64,000 nucleotides of DNA from an uncultured virus (IMG/VR IMGVR_UViG_3300027985_001690). Taxonomy: Duplodnaviria; Heunggongvirae; Uroviricota; Caudoviricetes. The translations under genes and the position numbers were made by a program. Positions 1-10,236 of this stretch are shown here, piece after piece (within the stretch, counting starts at the first letter, position 1; each line of letters starts with the position of its first letter). Where the stretch lies: the IMG/VR virus record IMGVR_UViG_3300027985_001690; one strand, given 5' to 3'. The notes under the pieces were generated by a model, which made no database searches, was not told the DNA's origin, and worked only from the letters and a program-made list of their open reading frames with translations.

Positions 1-443
1 ATCTGGACGTCGCTGCGTCGGATTTCAAGAGCTACTGCGAGACGTCCCGCAAGCGATTCATCGACGTGGATAGGGGGTTTATGCAGTGGCTCAACTACAT
101 AGACTCTCGCGGCTTGCAGAAGCCACAAGAGGACGACGTCAAGCCGGACGATACCAGCCAGCCACGATCCAGGAATCGAGGCTGTATCCATCGACGTCGA
201 CGGTTCCCAAGGGGGTCCGTGCAGGTGAGCGTCAAGGTCCCAGACTTCGACGCCGAAGCATGGGAGAGCAAGTCCAAGTACTTCGGCGAGCAGGTCACCA
301 CGCTGACCGCGCTGAACAAGACGGATCTCCTCGATATCATGAAGCGGCTCGAGCAGTCCATCGCCCACACGGAGAACGACCACCTTGGGGGCGGAGTCAT
401 CATCGTTCTGAGGTCGAAGGCCAAGTCCGACAAGGACACGTGA
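1..443 (+). CDS. hypothetical protein, 5' end outside the window
   Basis: Frame is open from nt 3 to the stop at 441-443 and is followed by an RBS-like GAGGAG before the next gene. Confidence 0.55.
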   Translation, partial: LDVAASDFKSYCETSRKRFIDVDRGFMQWLNYIDSRGLQKPQEDDVKPDDTSQPRSRNRGCIHRRRRFPRGSVQVSVKVPDFDAEAWESKSKYFGEQVTTLTALNKTDLLDIMKRLEQSIAHTENDHLGGGVIIVLRSKAKSDKDT

Positions 444-454
444 GGAGCAAGCCC

Positions 455-829
455 ATGACGAATGACATCGATATCGACCTGGAACAGTGGGCAAAAGAAT
501 GCGCCGAGTGGCAGGCCATCGGAGAGGATATGATCCGGAATGGCAAACGACCATCCGCTTTCGACGTATCAGAGGAGCACAGGAGACGGAAGCAGCAGCA
601 ACACGTCCTTTCCGGGGCGGAAATCGAGTTCGAACTGGACGAGAACGAACCGCGCATTCTGGACCGAATCACCAACATCGAGGTCAGCCCGCTCCGGGTC
701 ACCAAGATGGCTGAGATCGGCGAGTACCGCGGGCACGGTGTTCTGATGCTGAACGGTTCGATCGCATCCAAAGGGGATATCGTGTTCCCCGGAGACGTGC
801 TGACGATCGCGATACCGAGGAAATCATGA
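455..829 (+). CDS. hypothetical protein with a possible C-terminal beta-grasp/S4-like segment
   Basis: ATG at 455 after GAGGAG; C-terminus VLMLNGSIASKGDIVFPGDVLTI; stop overlaps the next start (ATGA). Confidence 0.5.
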   Translation: MTNDIDIDLEQWAKECAEWQAIGEDMIRNGKRPSAFDVSEEHRRRKQQQHVLSGAEIEFELDENEPRILDRITNIEVSPLRVTKMAEIGEYRGHGVLMLNGSIASKGDIVFPGDVLTIAIPRKS

Positions 830-1599
830 CCTACGACCACGAGAAGGAACCCGTCGTGATCGTCGACGAGCCGTTCCGACCCAACCCGGACCTGGTTCGC
901 ATGGTCTCCGAACGAAGCGGGAGACTTTCGGCGAACCTGCCCAAACGGCTCGAGCCGTTTCGTCGGATGTCCAAGGACGAGCTCGGGGCCGCGGTGATGG
1001 CGCTGGCGACCCTCCAGCACTGCGTGCACGACGACGGAGGCATCATGCAGGAGTCGTCGGTGCTGCAACTCCTGTGGGGGAAGCTCGACGAGTTGATCGA
1101 TGCCGCGCCGGCGGCGCCACAATCGGAATCGACAAGCATCATCAGGCAGTGGTCGGTTGGTCTCCAGGATGAGCTCGAGGACGAGGACGCCGTCGTCGAC
1201 GTCATGCGGTCGGTGGTCGATGAGCTCGACCACGTCAAGCCCCCGTTCAGGCTACTGCTGGCGAACCACTCGGCCCGGGTGGTCGACCTGACGGAGGACG
1301 AGGCCAAGCGGCTCGCCAAGACAGCTGCCATCATCGACATGACGGAGGAGGAGGCCATCCGTCATGCGGTCCGGTCCATGCTCCCGGACAGGGAGTTCGA
1401 ATCATCGTGTCGATGCTACGTCGCGGACTGCCACCTCGAGGTCGCGTACGAGTGTTCCTGCAGGATGTGCGTCAGAAGGCACTGGCGGTTCGATACCTGC
1501 GCCTACCATCGGCCCAGCGTCAGTTGGGTGCACGAGATAATGCTTGGCGTTCCAGCTCGGTTCAACCCGATGCAGAAGGGAGGACGACGTGAGAGGTAG
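826..1599 (+). CDS. hypothetical protein (Cys-rich C-terminus)
   Basis: 257-aa ORF coupled to the upstream gene by ATGA overlap. Confidence 0.6.
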   Translation: MTYDHEKEPVVIVDEPFRPNPDLVRMVSERSGRLSANLPKRLEPFRRMSKDELGAAVMALATLQHCVHDDGGIMQESSVLQLLWGKLDELIDAAPAAPQSESTSIIRQWSVGLQDELEDEDAVVDVMRSVVDELDHVKPPFRLLLANHSARVVDLTEDEAKRLAKTAAIIDMTEEEAIRHAVRSMLPDREFESSCRCYVADCHLEVAYECSCRMCVRRHWRFDTCAYHRPSVSWVHEIMLGVPARFNPMQKGGRRER

Positions 1600-2164
1600 A
1601 CCGAGGAGAAGGCGCCTGGCCGAAATCAACCCGGATGAGTTGGCCGACAAGGTGACGGACGCCGTGGCAGTCCACGTGCGCAGGGTCGCCGAGGAATCCG
1701 GATGGAAGCTCGATGTACCGGCGGACCCCAGGGGCAGCAAGCTTCACCAGCACGTCAAGCTGCTCGCGGAATGCGCCATCGGCACCGCGAGCGTGGAGGA
1801 GGACGGATCCATATCCAGGGTCGACGCCAGGTTCGCCCTTTCGCTTTGCGTGGCCACGGTGGCGACAGCGGTGTGGGGCCGGCCCGTGCTGTCCCGGGGA
1901 CATCTGCCCAGAAAGAACGTGGAGGATCTATCGAACGATTGGATCGGCGAGCTCCACCTGGTTCTGATGGCGGCGCCGGCGCGCGTCGATCTGGGCATGG
2001 GCAAGGACATCTCTGCAGCCGACTTGTCCCTTCTGTACGGGTGCTCCCCCGCCCACGTTCGGCTTTGCTGCAGAAATGGAACGCTGCCTGCGAAACGAGT
2101 CGAAGGCGGATGGATCATCAAGGCGGAAGACGCCATGCAATGGATGAAACGAGGTGAGACGTGA
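1589..2164 (+). CDS. protein with a C-terminal excisionase-like (HTH_17/MerR-type) DNA-binding domain
   Basis: ISAADLSLLYGCSPAHVRLCCRNGTLPAKRVEGGWII matches the Xis-like HTH pattern; GTG start after GGGAGG. Confidence 0.65.
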   Translation: MRGRPRRRRLAEINPDELADKVTDAVAVHVRRVAEESGWKLDVPADPRGSKLHQHVKLLAECAIGTASVEEDGSISRVDARFALSLCVATVATAVWGRPVLSRGHLPRKNVEDLSNDWIGELHLVLMAAPARVDLGMGKDISAADLSLLYGCSPAHVRLCCRNGTLPAKRVEGGWIIKAEDAMQWMKRGET

Positions 2165-2616
2165 AAGAAACAGACGAAGCGATCATGCTTTCGAGGATCG
2201 AGAACCTCCTGGGGGAGCGCGAGGAGTGGGTCGCCGGCGACGTGGATGGGGAGGACATGCACGACGCCGTAGACCGGATCATCCGGGAGCGCGACCAGGC
2301 CCAGCTGGAATGTCGGAACATGCGAAAGGACGCAGCTTCCCGGGGCATCCACCTGGACAACGGTCGATGCGTTCGATGCGTCGTCTGCGGGGAGCTAGCC
2401 GCCGGGGTATGCACGCACATGGGTCTGTCGGACATCAACGACTTGCAGGCCGAGCTGCAGACCATGCGAAAGCTCGCCAACGATCTGGCCACCATGGTCA
2501 TGGGACAATGCCCCGAGACATGGTCGAGGATCAGACGCGGCGTTTCCGACATCCTGGGGGTTGTCATCCCCGGCGACCTATCCTACCTGGAGCGGGCGGA
2601 TGCAGACAAATCGTAG
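2161..2616 (+). CDS. hypothetical phage protein
   Basis: 151-aa ORF, GTGA overlap with the upstream stop, RBS GAGG. Confidence 0.55.
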   Translation: MKETDEAIMLSRIENLLGEREEWVAGDVDGEDMHDAVDRIIRERDQAQLECRNMRKDAASRGIHLDNGRCVRCVVCGELAAGVCTHMGLSDINDLQAELQTMRKLANDLATMVMGQCPETWSRIRRGVSDILGVVIPGDLSYLERADADKS

Positions 2617-2838
2617 GGCCAAAGCCAAGCTGCAGGAGTTGAAGAAGAAGCGCGCGAAGCCGGACGCCATCGACGGTCTCGTGGCGTGCGGAGCCTTCCT
2701 ATTCGGTGGCGCTGCGGTCGCCGCGGACTTCATCCGGCGCAACGAGCGAGCTCGATGCCGGCGTCTCGTGGCGGACCGATCCGCTCGCGACCCCGAGCTC
2801 ATCCAAGAGATCCTCGACGACATCGACAGGGAAAAGCC

Positions 2839-3009
2839 ATGACAACGGTGTTCATCGTAGTGGGAATCGTGGGGTTCGTGGGAGGATGCTGCGTCGGAAT
2901 CGTTCTGAACTCCATCCGTATTGCCAAGATCGTATTCAGGGTCGATCATCTGGAGAAGGCGAACGATGTGATGTCGAGGCGGATTGACTTCCTTGAGCAC
3001 CGTCCCTAG
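2839..3009 (+). CDS. small membrane protein
   Basis: MTTVFIVVGIVGFVGGCCVGIVL hydrophobic N-terminus; ATGA overlap. Confidence 0.45.
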   Translation: MTTVFIVVGIVGFVGGCCVGIVLNSIRIAKIVFRVDHLEKANDVMSRRIDFLEHRP

Positions 3010-3797
3010 AACCCGTACTTCCACATAGTGTAACCAAACCAGTTCAATCTGTCGTCCGGAACAGACACTCGATTCAGAAGAACGAATCGTCCGACAGCCC
3101 CTGTGTTCGCCTGGGTTCCGTTGAACTGAGCACCAAATTTTACGTCCCCTCCAATCGACCTAGGGGTGTATGCCATAGTGGCAACTAAACCAGTAGATAG
3201 GTATACCGATTGAGTTCCGCTCCCAGCGTCCAACGTCCACATGAAGGATAGGTAGCCGATCGGGGTATCGATAGCGGACGTCCTGTAAGAGCCATCGTAC
3301 ATGCCCCACTTGTTGTTGTAGCGATTGTACATAGCAATCCGGCCAGCTGACGTATCGAACCAGAACTTGAAGTTGGATCCGTCTATCTGTCCAGCGTACG
3401 CGAAAGTATGGCTGGTGTTAGCCGCAACGAGTGCCACAGCGTAATAGTCATTGCCCTCAAATGTCCCGGCAGGCTGACCGTTCATCGAAGGGTGGGCAGC
3501 CGTGTACAAAGCCCATGCCGTTGATGTCGCCTGGGTCGCATTTGGACCTCCCGCGACTTGGTTGTTCCAGGTGGTGATACGGGTTCCGGATAGCACTACA
3601 TCGTCGGCTACGTAATCCAGAAGCCGATCGGCCCCCCACTCGTCGGGCGTCCAAATCCCTCCGGAAGGCTTGTGCAAACCGTGGCCGTGCCCGTGGCCAT
3701 GCCCGAGACAGCAGACGTTTCCTCCCCTTCGATCAGGGACCAGAATGCCTTCCGGGGTTGCCTGGTAGCCGCGGGGGCGTGGGATGGCGTGGATCAT
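3006..3797 (-). CDS. putative virion/adhesin protein, beta-rich (LamG/ConA-like)
   Basis: Gly/Thr/Asn/aromatic-rich; motifs ITTWNNQVAGGPNATQATS and VGRFVLLNR..LNWFGYTMWKYG resemble phage LamG-like lectin proteins. Confidence 0.5.
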   Translation of the reverse strand: MIHAIPRPRGYQATPEGILVPDRRGGNVCCLGHGHGHGHGLHKPSGGIWTPDEWGADRLLDYVADDVVLSGTRITTWNNQVAGGPNATQATSTAWALYTAAHPSMNGQPAGTFEGNDYYAVALVAANTSHTFAYAGQIDGSNFKFWFDTSAGRIAMYNRYNNKWGMYDGSYRTSAIDTPIGYLSFMWTLDAGSGTQSVYLSTGLVATMAYTPRSIGGDVKFGAQFNGTQANTGAVGRFVLLNRVSVPDDRLNWFGYTMWKYGF

Positions 3798-3807
3798 TGC
3801 TGTCCTA

Positions 3808-4602
3808 TCAAGGTGTGGGTTTCACGTACCATCCAAGGTGAAGAACGGTATCCGGCGCCTCTGCCCCAGTATCGTCCACCACGGCCTCGATCCTCGAGCA
3901 CTGGATGTCCGACATGGTCGAGGCCTTGAGCGCGGGCGAGAAGGGGAGCACGTCCATCAGCGACACGGTGCCATCGAAGGGGTCGGTCGGGGTCAACGCG
4001 TAGGTTTGGTTGCCGGCGGTGACAAGGAGCTCCCGCACATCCGCATCCGCCGCGGTAGCCGCTCCATTGGTCGTCCCCGCGCTCTGCGTCAGGGTACCAG
4101 CCGTCATTCCAGCGACCGTGTACTTGGCGAGGACGCGGGCCCCCACCGTGAGCGTGTCCTCCCACTCGAGCGGGGCGACGCCACCCCCACCCGTGTGGGT
4201 GTAGGTGCCGTTGCCATTGTCGACCCATCCAGCTCCGATAGAGCTGGGCGCCACGCCCGTCACGGCCTTGTCCGGATACGTCGCCGGACCGTTCGGGCCA
4301 GCGAATGCGACCGAGTAGTCGTCGGTGGGGACCTGCACGCCGTCGCACGGCGCCCCGATGAGGGCCTCGAGGTCGGTTGGGGACGCGATGTATGGGACGA
4401 CGTAGGAGAGGGAGAGTTGGCCAGGCAGCGGGATGGTCTGCTCCTCCACCGGCACCGGCAGGTTCTGCTCGGCGACGGGCAACGGATCGACGAACTTGTT
4501 GTCGATGCTGGTGACCTTGGTGAGGATGTCCGTGAGGGACGTGGCGGCGCCGCCCAGGGCGCTGACGATGGCCTCGATCAGAGAGGTGACGTATGCGTTC
4601 AT
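3808..4602 (-). CDS. putative virion structural protein
   Basis: 264-aa Thr/Ala/Gly/Val-rich ORF with GC-rich third positions, co-oriented with 3006-3797. Confidence 0.5.
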   Translation of the reverse strand: MNAYVTSLIEAIVSALGGAATSLTDILTKVTSIDNKFVDPLPVAEQNLPVPVEEQTIPLPGQLSLSYVVPYIASPTDLEALIGAPCDGVQVPTDDYSVAFAGPNGPATYPDKAVTGVAPSSIGAGWVDNGNGTYTHTGGGGVAPLEWEDTLTVGARVLAKYTVAGMTAGTLTQSAGTTNGAATAADADVRELLVTAGNQTYALTPTDPFDGTVSLMDVLPFSPALKASTMSDIQCSRIEAVVDDTGAEAPDTVLHLGWYVKPTP

Positions 4603-4810
4603 GCGCGCATTGTATCAGGGTGCGGAGGGGCCATCCACATGGTACCCTCGCCCATGACCGAAATCGACCATCGCAAGCTGTGGGCGACGCGCTGGGAGGC
4701 CCTCTGCCGGCTTGGACGATCGTTGGGTCTGCGGGTCCGAAGCGGGCCCGAGGGTCACAGGCGAGGTCCGCTGGTGGACGCGATCAAGAAGCGGATGGTC
4801 GAGCTCGAGC

Positions 4811-5029
4811 TCAGCGACGCCGCGGCTCGAAAGAAGTACGACCGACGTCGCTATCCGATCGATCCTCCGGGCGCGGGGGGCACGTAGCCGGAACGATCTC
4901 GGAGTCGCTGGCCTTCCAGCACTCCCCGGTATCCGGGTCTTCGACGGTTCCATCCGGATGACGCACGACGTCCTTCCAAGACGGCCCACACGCGCACAGC
5001 AGCAACGACAAGAGGATGACTTTTCGCAT
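4811..5029 (-). CDS. small lipoprotein
   Basis: MRKVILLSLLLCAC-GP: basic N-terminus, hydrophobic core and lipobox. Confidence 0.5.
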   Translation of the reverse strand: MRKVILLSLLLCACGPSWKDVVRHPDGTVEDPDTGECWKASDSEIVPATCPPRPEDRSDSDVGRTSFEPRRR

Positions 5030-5073
5030 GCCCCGACGTTACCACATCATTTCAGGGGTGCACAGCTGCAACT

Positions 5074-5511
5074 CTAGGACATCAGAAACACGATGTCGGC
5101 GACGATGTTTCCGTTTCGCAGAAGCACCAGACCCCGCATTCCGCTGAGCGGTGCCTGGCCCAACGTATCGTAGATCCACACCTCGTCCCCTGTACGCATT
5201 TCGTCGAACATCCTCTTGAAGTCCGACTTTGATCCCCATCCCTCGGCCCCTCGAGCCTCCTCCCACATGTTTAGAAACTCGGTCAACGACAACTTTTGCT
5301 TGAGAGACGAAGCGTAGGCTGGGGGATTGCCAACCCCGTACCTTTCGTACGTCGGTGCTGGCGGCGGAGCGTACGCCGGAACCATGGACGGCGATCCGGT
5401 GGCCCCGGGGTTCCGCGCCCGACCGCAGGTCGGACACACGGGTCGACCGCAGAACGGGCACACCCTTTCTTCTGGGCGATGGTGGCGATTGCATCTTCGA
5501 CAAGGTTCCAT
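5074..5511 (-). CDS. zinc-ribbon-containing hypothetical protein
   Basis: CRRC..CPFC..CPTC motifs at the N-terminus. Confidence 0.45.
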   Translation of the reverse strand: MEPCRRCNRHHRPEERVCPFCGRPVCPTCGRARNPGATGSPSMVPAYAPPPAPTYERYGVGNPPAYASSLKQKLSLTEFLNMWEEARGAEGWGSKSDFKRMFDEMRTGDEVWIYDTLGQAPLSGMRGLVLLRNGNIVADIVFLMS

Positions 5512-5607
5512 ACCGGAATGCTACGTCCATCCGCATGGCATGGGTAGGCCTTTCCGGGTTGCATGGGTGCGACCGTACAGCTACGCTCGCGGGTCAGGAG
5601 GAAAGCC

Positions 5608-6687
5608 ATGGGAGATCTCATCGATTTGAACGACATTATGGCTGGCATCCCGGAGGGTATGCTGGACTCGGTGAACGCGCTCCGTGAGTCGTGCACCGAG
5701 ACGCATGGCTTCGAGCCGATTCTACTTCGGATGGACCTTCCTGACGGTACGTGCTGCATGATCGGTCTGTGCCTGCGCCGCCAGTTCCTGGCCGAAGACG
5801 AACGCATAGCCGGGGAGTACGTTCGACAAGCCGCAAGCGGATCAAGCGGAGGCGTAGCAAAGATGATGGACGGCCTTGCCGCGATCGAGGATGCTTTCGC
5901 GTTTGCGTACATCGGCGATCAGGGAAGCCTCGACCTGTACCACCTGATGCCTCGACGAGAGAATTTGGACGACACGGTTAGACTGAAGTCGGAGTTGAAT
6001 CGACGCATGCCCATCAACCGGAATTCAGGCCTCAAGCTGGTCGAGGCCACGCCTCCGGCGGCGCCCCCGCCGCCGGCGACCTTGGAGGAGAAGCCGATCG
6101 GGTGTCCGCCCTGTACGGTGAAGGGTGTCGGCGAGTGGAGCATCGAGTTGGGAGCCGAGCCCGTCGTATTCATGTGGGGAGCGCCAGAGAGTAACTCCCT
6201 CGACCCGGTTCCAGACGACGCCTACACCAACAGGGCCACAGCGCCATCGCATGACCTATTGGCCACGTACAGGGATCTGGTCGATCGTGGCATAGTCCAG
6301 TCCGAGTTCTCCCAAGAGTTGGTCGAGAGGATCGAACGACCGATCACTATCAAGTACGATGTGCTGAAAACCACGTCCGACTTCCAAGGATTTATCGACT
6401 GTCCTTTCGCGTCCGCGCCCATCCCGATCGTCCTTCTGAGGGAATACGTCCGGTGCAAGCTACACCCGAACTGGGCCGACAACATGCTCAGGCTTGTCGG
6501 AGTTCGGGACCCGGCCATGTCGAGAGACCTTGCCAAGCGTGTCGCCGAGGTAAAGCGGCTACGAGCGTTCATCGAGGGACTCACCGAGGATGGCTGCTCC
6601 TACGGTGACGGGTGCCCGGTGTTCGGTTCGAACCATTATCGGTGCCTCGCGTGCCGAGCCAGGGAAGTATTGGAGTCCACAGATTAG
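5608..6687 (+). CDS. hypothetical protein
   Basis: ATG at 5608 after AGGAGG; ~359-aa ORF. Confidence 0.6.
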   Translation: MGDLIDLNDIMAGIPEGMLDSVNALRESCTETHGFEPILLRMDLPDGTCCMIGLCLRRQFLAEDERIAGEYVRQAASGSSGGVAKMMDGLAAIEDAFAFAYIGDQGSLDLYHLMPRRENLDDTVRLKSELNRRMPINRNSGLKLVEATPPAAPPPPATLEEKPIGCPPCTVKGVGEWSIELGAEPVVFMWGAPESNSLDPVPDDAYTNRATAPSHDLLATYRDLVDRGIVQSEFSQELVERIERPITIKYDVLKTTSDFQGFIDCPFASAPIPIVLLREYVRCKLHPNWADNMLRLVGVRDPAMSRDLAKRVAEVKRLRAFIEGLTEDGCSYGDGCPVFGSNHYRCLACRAREVLESTD

Positions 6688-6725
6688 GGTTGCACGCGTG
6701 CGACTCATGAGCTACCTTCACCCTC

Positions 6726-7418
6726 ATGCCACAACCCATCAAGAAGAGGGTCATCGGATCTTCAACCGTAGGCTTCCAGGTTCGGTATACCACGGGGGAT
6801 GACGACCTGATGGTGCGCCTGATTCGGACGGCGGAAGGGGAGAACCAGATCGAGTTGCGTGTCCCCGGGGAACAGCCTATCGAACTCAACCGAGACGAGG
6901 CTCTCGAGATGTACGCGTGCCTGTCAGATATGCGGGAGTACCTGCTAGACCTAGGGTTCAACGACTCTGGCCGATCTCTCGATTTGATGAAGTCTATGAA
7001 CAAGGCCTACATGAAGGCCGCTGCCTCCGTGCCAAGCGATCATCCGCTTCGTTGGGATATCTGGGAGTCGAGAAAGAACGATGAGATCACCAGTGCAGTC
7101 AATGCATTCATCGACTCCGGAGACCCTCTTTGGCTGCTGTACAGGAACGCCAAGCGAGAGTACGACGAGTTCGTCGACATTCGGAACGTCAACTTTAGGA
7201 TAAACCCGGACGAGCTTCCTATGTCCTGGGTGGGTAGCCTAGTCGAGGTGAAGCTCGACGCGGGAGAGGTTTTCTACGTCGCTGTCCGAAAGACTCAGGG
7301 CGAGTGGCTGACCCTTCGGTCTCAATCCACGATCGTGGTCATCGGGTGTATCAGTAGATGCCTGGAAAAGATGGGCCTGACGCGTAGTGACCTCATTCCC
7401 ATAATGGATCAGGCATGA
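6726..7418 (+). CDS. hypothetical protein
   Basis: 230-aa ORF; its stop overlaps the next ATG. Confidence 0.6.
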   Translation: MPQPIKKRVIGSSTVGFQVRYTTGDDDLMVRLIRTAEGENQIELRVPGEQPIELNRDEALEMYACLSDMREYLLDLGFNDSGRSLDLMKSMNKAYMKAAASVPSDHPLRWDIWESRKNDEITSAVNAFIDSGDPLWLLYRNAKREYDEFVDIRNVNFRINPDELPMSWVGSLVEVKLDAGEVFYVAVRKTQGEWLTLRSQSTIVVIGCISRCLEKMGLTRSDLIPIMDQA

Positions 7419-8139
7419 TCACGTTCAAGGACGACATCGAGCGGATGGGGTGGTTCCAGGTGTTCGCCGCGTCGCTGGGCGACGATCATGCCGGGCGCTC
7501 TGCGGAGGCGGACAACGCCGTGATCGAGTCAAGGAAGCGATGTTCGGCGCCGGTCAGCGTGTACGCCGACGACGTGTCCCCCGACGAGTGGTGCGTTGTT
7601 GAGCCCGACGGAAACGCAAAGGTCACACACTACGACGAGTGAGGTTCGTACGGAAGTGAACAACACCGAGAAGTACAGCGTCGCGGCGATCGGCCTCGTC
7701 CCTGCGTTCCTGGTCGAGTGGGTCGACGAGGGCGGGAACGTCGTCCGCATCCAAACGATGTCCGGGTTCCCCGGGACGCAGCTGGTCGAACACCCCAGGT
7801 GGCGGCAGCGGATGGCGGCGAAGGCCCTCGGAAGGGACTTCGAAGAGGCTCACAAGAACCTGCTCGATATGCTCGACCGGGCCGACAAGAGGCTCGGAGA
7901 CTTCGTCAGGAGGCAATCGTAAAGATGCTGATCGGTCTGGTTCTACCCATCGATAGATTCACCGTTACGAGCTACTCGCATCGAGGGCTGCGCGTCGTGT
8001 CGTACGTGGGCGACATTGGCCGGTGCTGGTTCGACGAGAAGCGCACAAGGGCGGCTATCGATGCCTACCGTCGGGCGACTGGTAAGTCCGGCATGCCAAC
8101 GAGCTACTGTTCCATGTTCAACCCCGCGGCGAGGTACTG

Positions 8140-8607
8140 ATGCGGACCCTCGAGGCATTCATCCCTGGCATCAGGCTCAGGAGCCTGAACGAGGTGCTGT
8201 CCAACGCGACCCGGCGCGAGCGCTTCCGCGAGGCATCCACCGCCCGAAAGCAGCGATCGGACGTCACGCTGGTGCTCGTCAGCAGGTTCGGCAAGTTGCC
8301 GCCGCTCGAGCTGCCGGTGGAGGTGACGATCACCAGGCACTCCCCGGGCGAGCTCGACGGACACGACAACCTGTCGGGCTCCGCAAAGCACGTCACGGAC
8401 GCCATCGCGGCATGGTTCAAGGTTCCGGACAAGGACCCTGGGATACGCTGGAGGTTCGGCCAGAAGCTCGACCGACACTACGGAGTCAGCATCCGAATTG
8501 TGGGCGACTTCTGTGAGGGATTCGTCACTTGTCCGCACTGCGACTCGAAGCTGCCGTGCGTTCTGGACCGCGGGCACGAGGGCCCATGCAAGCCCAAGGA
8601 GAGATGA
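8140..8607 (+). CDS. RusA-like Holliday junction resolvase/endonuclease
   Basis: SLN..R..R, VEVTITRHS..ELDGHDNLSGSAKHVTDAIA: D-x(2)-DN-x(5)-K-x(3)-D catalytic pattern similar to the RusA family. Confidence 0.7.
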   Translation: MRTLEAFIPGIRLRSLNEVLSNATRRERFREASTARKQRSDVTLVLVSRFGKLPPLELPVEVTITRHSPGELDGHDNLSGSAKHVTDAIAAWFKVPDKDPGIRWRFGQKLDRHYGVSIRIVGDFCEGFVTCPHCDSKLPCVLDRGHEGPCKPKER

Positions 8608-9023
8608 CCATGCGGCGGTGCAACCAAGAGTGGCAGCCGGTTCTGATGGTGAGGGATGGCCTCTACGTCGCCAAGGTCTGGTTCGTTGCTGGGTCGAATT
8701 TCGACTGGCTTGCGTGCGCGAGGCATGACGACGAGGGAAAGTGGATACTCACCTATCGGTTCAGGTACTACGTCGACGACAAGGTTCATGACTCCAAGGA
8801 CGTGAAACGATTCTACGTGGTCGAGATCCCCAGCGAGGTCGAGGCTATCGAAGCCGGGAACAAATCGGCTTGTATGATAGCATCCGGACAGGACATAGAC
8901 GTCGAGCAGGTTCTGGTGAAAAGTGATAACGCCGAGGAGATTTACAGGTTGGTCATGAGCCAGCCATGGTGTCACTTAGAAGGAAGGGAGCTCAGCGATG
9001 AGCTACGACAGGATCAACATTGA
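8604..9023 (+). CDS. hypothetical protein
   Basis: ATG at 8604 after AAGGAGAG, overlapping the RusA stop. Confidence 0.55.
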   Translation: MTMRRCNQEWQPVLMVRDGLYVAKVWFVAGSNFDWLACARHDDEGKWILTYRFRYYVDDKVHDSKDVKRFYVVEIPSEVEAIEAGNKSACMIASGQDIDVEQVLVKSDNAEEIYRLVMSQPWCHLEGRELSDELRQDQH

Positions 9024-9453
9024 TGGGCCGGGGAGGCTGTTCGTTGGAGGAGCTCCCCAACCGAAGGACCGAATGCAGAACTGGGCGGACGCCCTCGTGC
9101 TGTGCGCGGCGGAGTACCAGCCGGGGGAGGAGGATCTCGAATTCGACGACGTCGAGATCCTTCGCGTGAACCTCGGCGACGTAAACGCGCCGATGACGCC
9201 CGAGAACATGGCCAAGATCTTCTCGGTGTCGCAGAAAGTCGCGAGGCGTCTGAACGACGGCGGACGCGTAGTCGTCACCTGCTTTTCCGGCCTCAACCGG
9301 TCGTGCCTCATCGCCGGCATGGCCATGAGGATGATCGGGATGTCCGCGGACGACACGGTCAACAATCTTCGCGCAGCTCGTGGGGAGAACGGGCTGTGCA
9401 ACGAGACCTTCGAGCGCATCGTTCGAAACACGATGCCCCTCGTTGGGAGATGA
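8998..9453 (+). CDS. dual-specificity/tyrosine protein phosphatase
   Basis: CX5R P-loop VVVTCFSGLNRSC, followed by LRAARG..LCN..F. Confidence 0.85.
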   Translation: MSYDRINIDGPGRLFVGGAPQPKDRMQNWADALVLCAAEYQPGEEDLEFDDVEILRVNLGDVNAPMTPENMAKIFSVSQKVARRLNDGGRVVVTCFSGLNRSCLIAGMAMRMIGMSADDTVNNLRAARGENGLCNETFERIVRNTMPLVGR

Positions 9454-9479
9454 GTGTGGATTGGCTAGTCGCGTACTAG

Positions 9480-10215
9480 GACGCGCAAGGGCTGGCTGGG
9501 AAGGCACGGCAAGGCAGTCATGGCATCGCTGGTAGACGCGATACGAGGACTGACGAGGCACGGCAGTCGTGGAACGGCAACGCGTCGCGCGGACGGGCAT
9601 CGATCTGTGGGCACGGAAACGCAAGGCAGTCGTGGAATGGCCTCGTGCGAAGGGAAGGTCTGGCAAGGCAGTCGTGGCGGCGAACGGACTGGCCTATGGG
9701 ATGGGCGAGTCGAGGCAAGGAAAGGCAGTCATGGCGTGGCTAGGCCCAACCGAGCGTGGCAGGGCAGTCATGGCGCGCGGGGATCGGTCAGGCATGGATT
9801 TGCAAGGCAGTAGTGGCTTGGAATGTGTGGAACGTCCACGTACGGAGCGGCAGTCCTGGAATGGCAACGCATGGTTAGTACCGGTATGGAGAGGCAGTCG
9901 TGGCAAGGTATCCAGCGGACAGGTGATGCCTGGCGCGGCAGTCGTGGATAGGCAAGGCATCGAGAGGACGGGCATCGATCAGCCGATATAGGCAACGCAA
10001 GGCAGGTAGGCAGGGATCGGACGGCGCAATCCGCAACGCATGGCAGTCGTGGATAGGCAACGCATCAATCGGATTGGCACGGCAGTCGTGGCAAGGCATC
10101 GGGCGGCGGGACGAGGCGCGGCAGGACGGCAGGGCGGAGCGACTTTTGCGAAGGCCCGGCAAGGCAGTCGAGGCAAGGCACGAGGCGGATAGGTAGACCT
10201 CGGCATGGCAGGCAA
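9480..10215 (+). repeat. non-coding array of ~16 units: GGCAGTCRT anchor plus 6-11 GGN-NN-type pentamers; candidate guide-RNA array
   Basis: Anchors at about 9513, 9562, 9625, 9667, 9724, 9763, 9806, 9849, 9893, 9937, 10001, 10042, 10081, 10120, 10163 and 10207. Many spacings are 39/44/49/64 nt (9+5n). Example unit: GGCAG TCGT GGCAA GGTAT CCAGC GGACA GGTGA TGCCT GGCGC. Confidence 0.85.
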
Positions 10216-10236
10216 GAAACAACGGAGGAAGAACTG

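Noticed and set aside
9480..10215. Interpreting the pentamer array as a degenerate CRISPR array
   Set aside because: The constant part is only ~9-11 nt, non-palindromic, and the intervening sequence is itself periodic rather than unique spacer.
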